Shown: positions 63,698 to 64,000 of the stretch, piece by piece
Layout: every line of letters begins with the position of its first letter
How positions within the stretch are numbered: position 1 is the stretch's first letter
NCBI GenBank assembly: GCA_027488865.1
Contig: JAIYAU010000058.1
Span: forward strand, 2,724-66,723
Source of the DNA: Cytophagaceae bacterium
Lineage (GTDB): Bacteria > Bacteroidota > Bacteroidia > Cytophagales > UBA9547
Length of the DNA: 64,000 bases
Reading direction: 5' to 3'
Program-made: the position numbers and the translations under genes
Notes under the pieces: generated by a model
Told to the model about the DNA's origin: nothing
Databases searched by the model: none
Seen by the model: the letters and a program-made list of their open reading frames with translations, nothing else

Positions 63698-64000
63698 ACC
63701 CTAAGCTTTAATAATTTAATTCATACCCAACCAACCTATATTAAATCACTTGTAAATGATTATTGAATAGCGGTTTAACCACAAATCTATGAAATTATTA
63801 CAACTGAGGCAAAAAATTGTAAATAAAAAATAAAAAATAGGATATTTTTTCTTTAACAAAATCTAAAATCACAAAACATTTTTCGATGTGAATGTGATTT
63901 TAGATTGTAGATACTAGTGGTAAGAAATATATTTTAGAAATTCTGATTTAGTTGATTCTTCTAGAAATTTCCCAGAATATTGAGCAGTAACTGTTTTGCT

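Overview
AT-rich chromosomal window that looks Bacteroidota-type: several proteins end in T9SS (Por) C-terminal sorting domains, and a TTG-N19-TAnnTTTG promoter sits upstream of rpsL. Hand GC counts on single 60-nt lines suggest three compositional tiers; these are rough samples, not a computed profile.

(1) nt 1-21718 is one giant minus-strand ORF. It has at least 7,239 codons and its C-terminus lies beyond the window. It is missing from the supplied ORF track because it has no stop codon inside the window. It encodes a secreted, highly repetitive adhesin-like protein with LamG lectin-like domains, right-handed beta-helix segments, Ig/FN3-like domains, IPT/TIG, a 7-blade FG-GAP propeller and a Gly-rich Pmp-like region. 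Sampled GC is about 38-45%.

(2) nt ~22.2-32.8 kb is a GC-richer island (sampled 45-58%). It holds two tandem paralogous T9SS cargo genes of 1282 and 1290 aa. Each has 14 near-consensus Asp-box/Ycf48-like blades, cohesin-like and dockerin-like modules, and a Por CTD. The island also holds a divergent pair: a 189-aa unknown protein and a WYL-domain regulator. Its spacers are full of 7-nt and 11-nt periodic arrays, palindromes and a shared 32-nt repeat.

(3) nt ~33-64 kb is ordinary low-GC core genome (sampled 28-32%). It contains a beta-helix T9SS protein, pgk, rpsL-rpsG-fusA-rpsJ (with the S10 operon cut short after rpsJ), ligA, and an S8 peptidase whose signal peptide is encoded by a 25-nt homopolymer. 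It also contains mnmA, a thioredoxin, aguB, OmpA-family proteins, a GT4 glycosyltransferase, msrA, murI, kup, an EVE-domain protein, a CDF transporter and pepA.

I recognised no rRNA, tRNA, CRISPR array, integrase or transposase. All domain calls come from reading motifs in translations, not from database searches.
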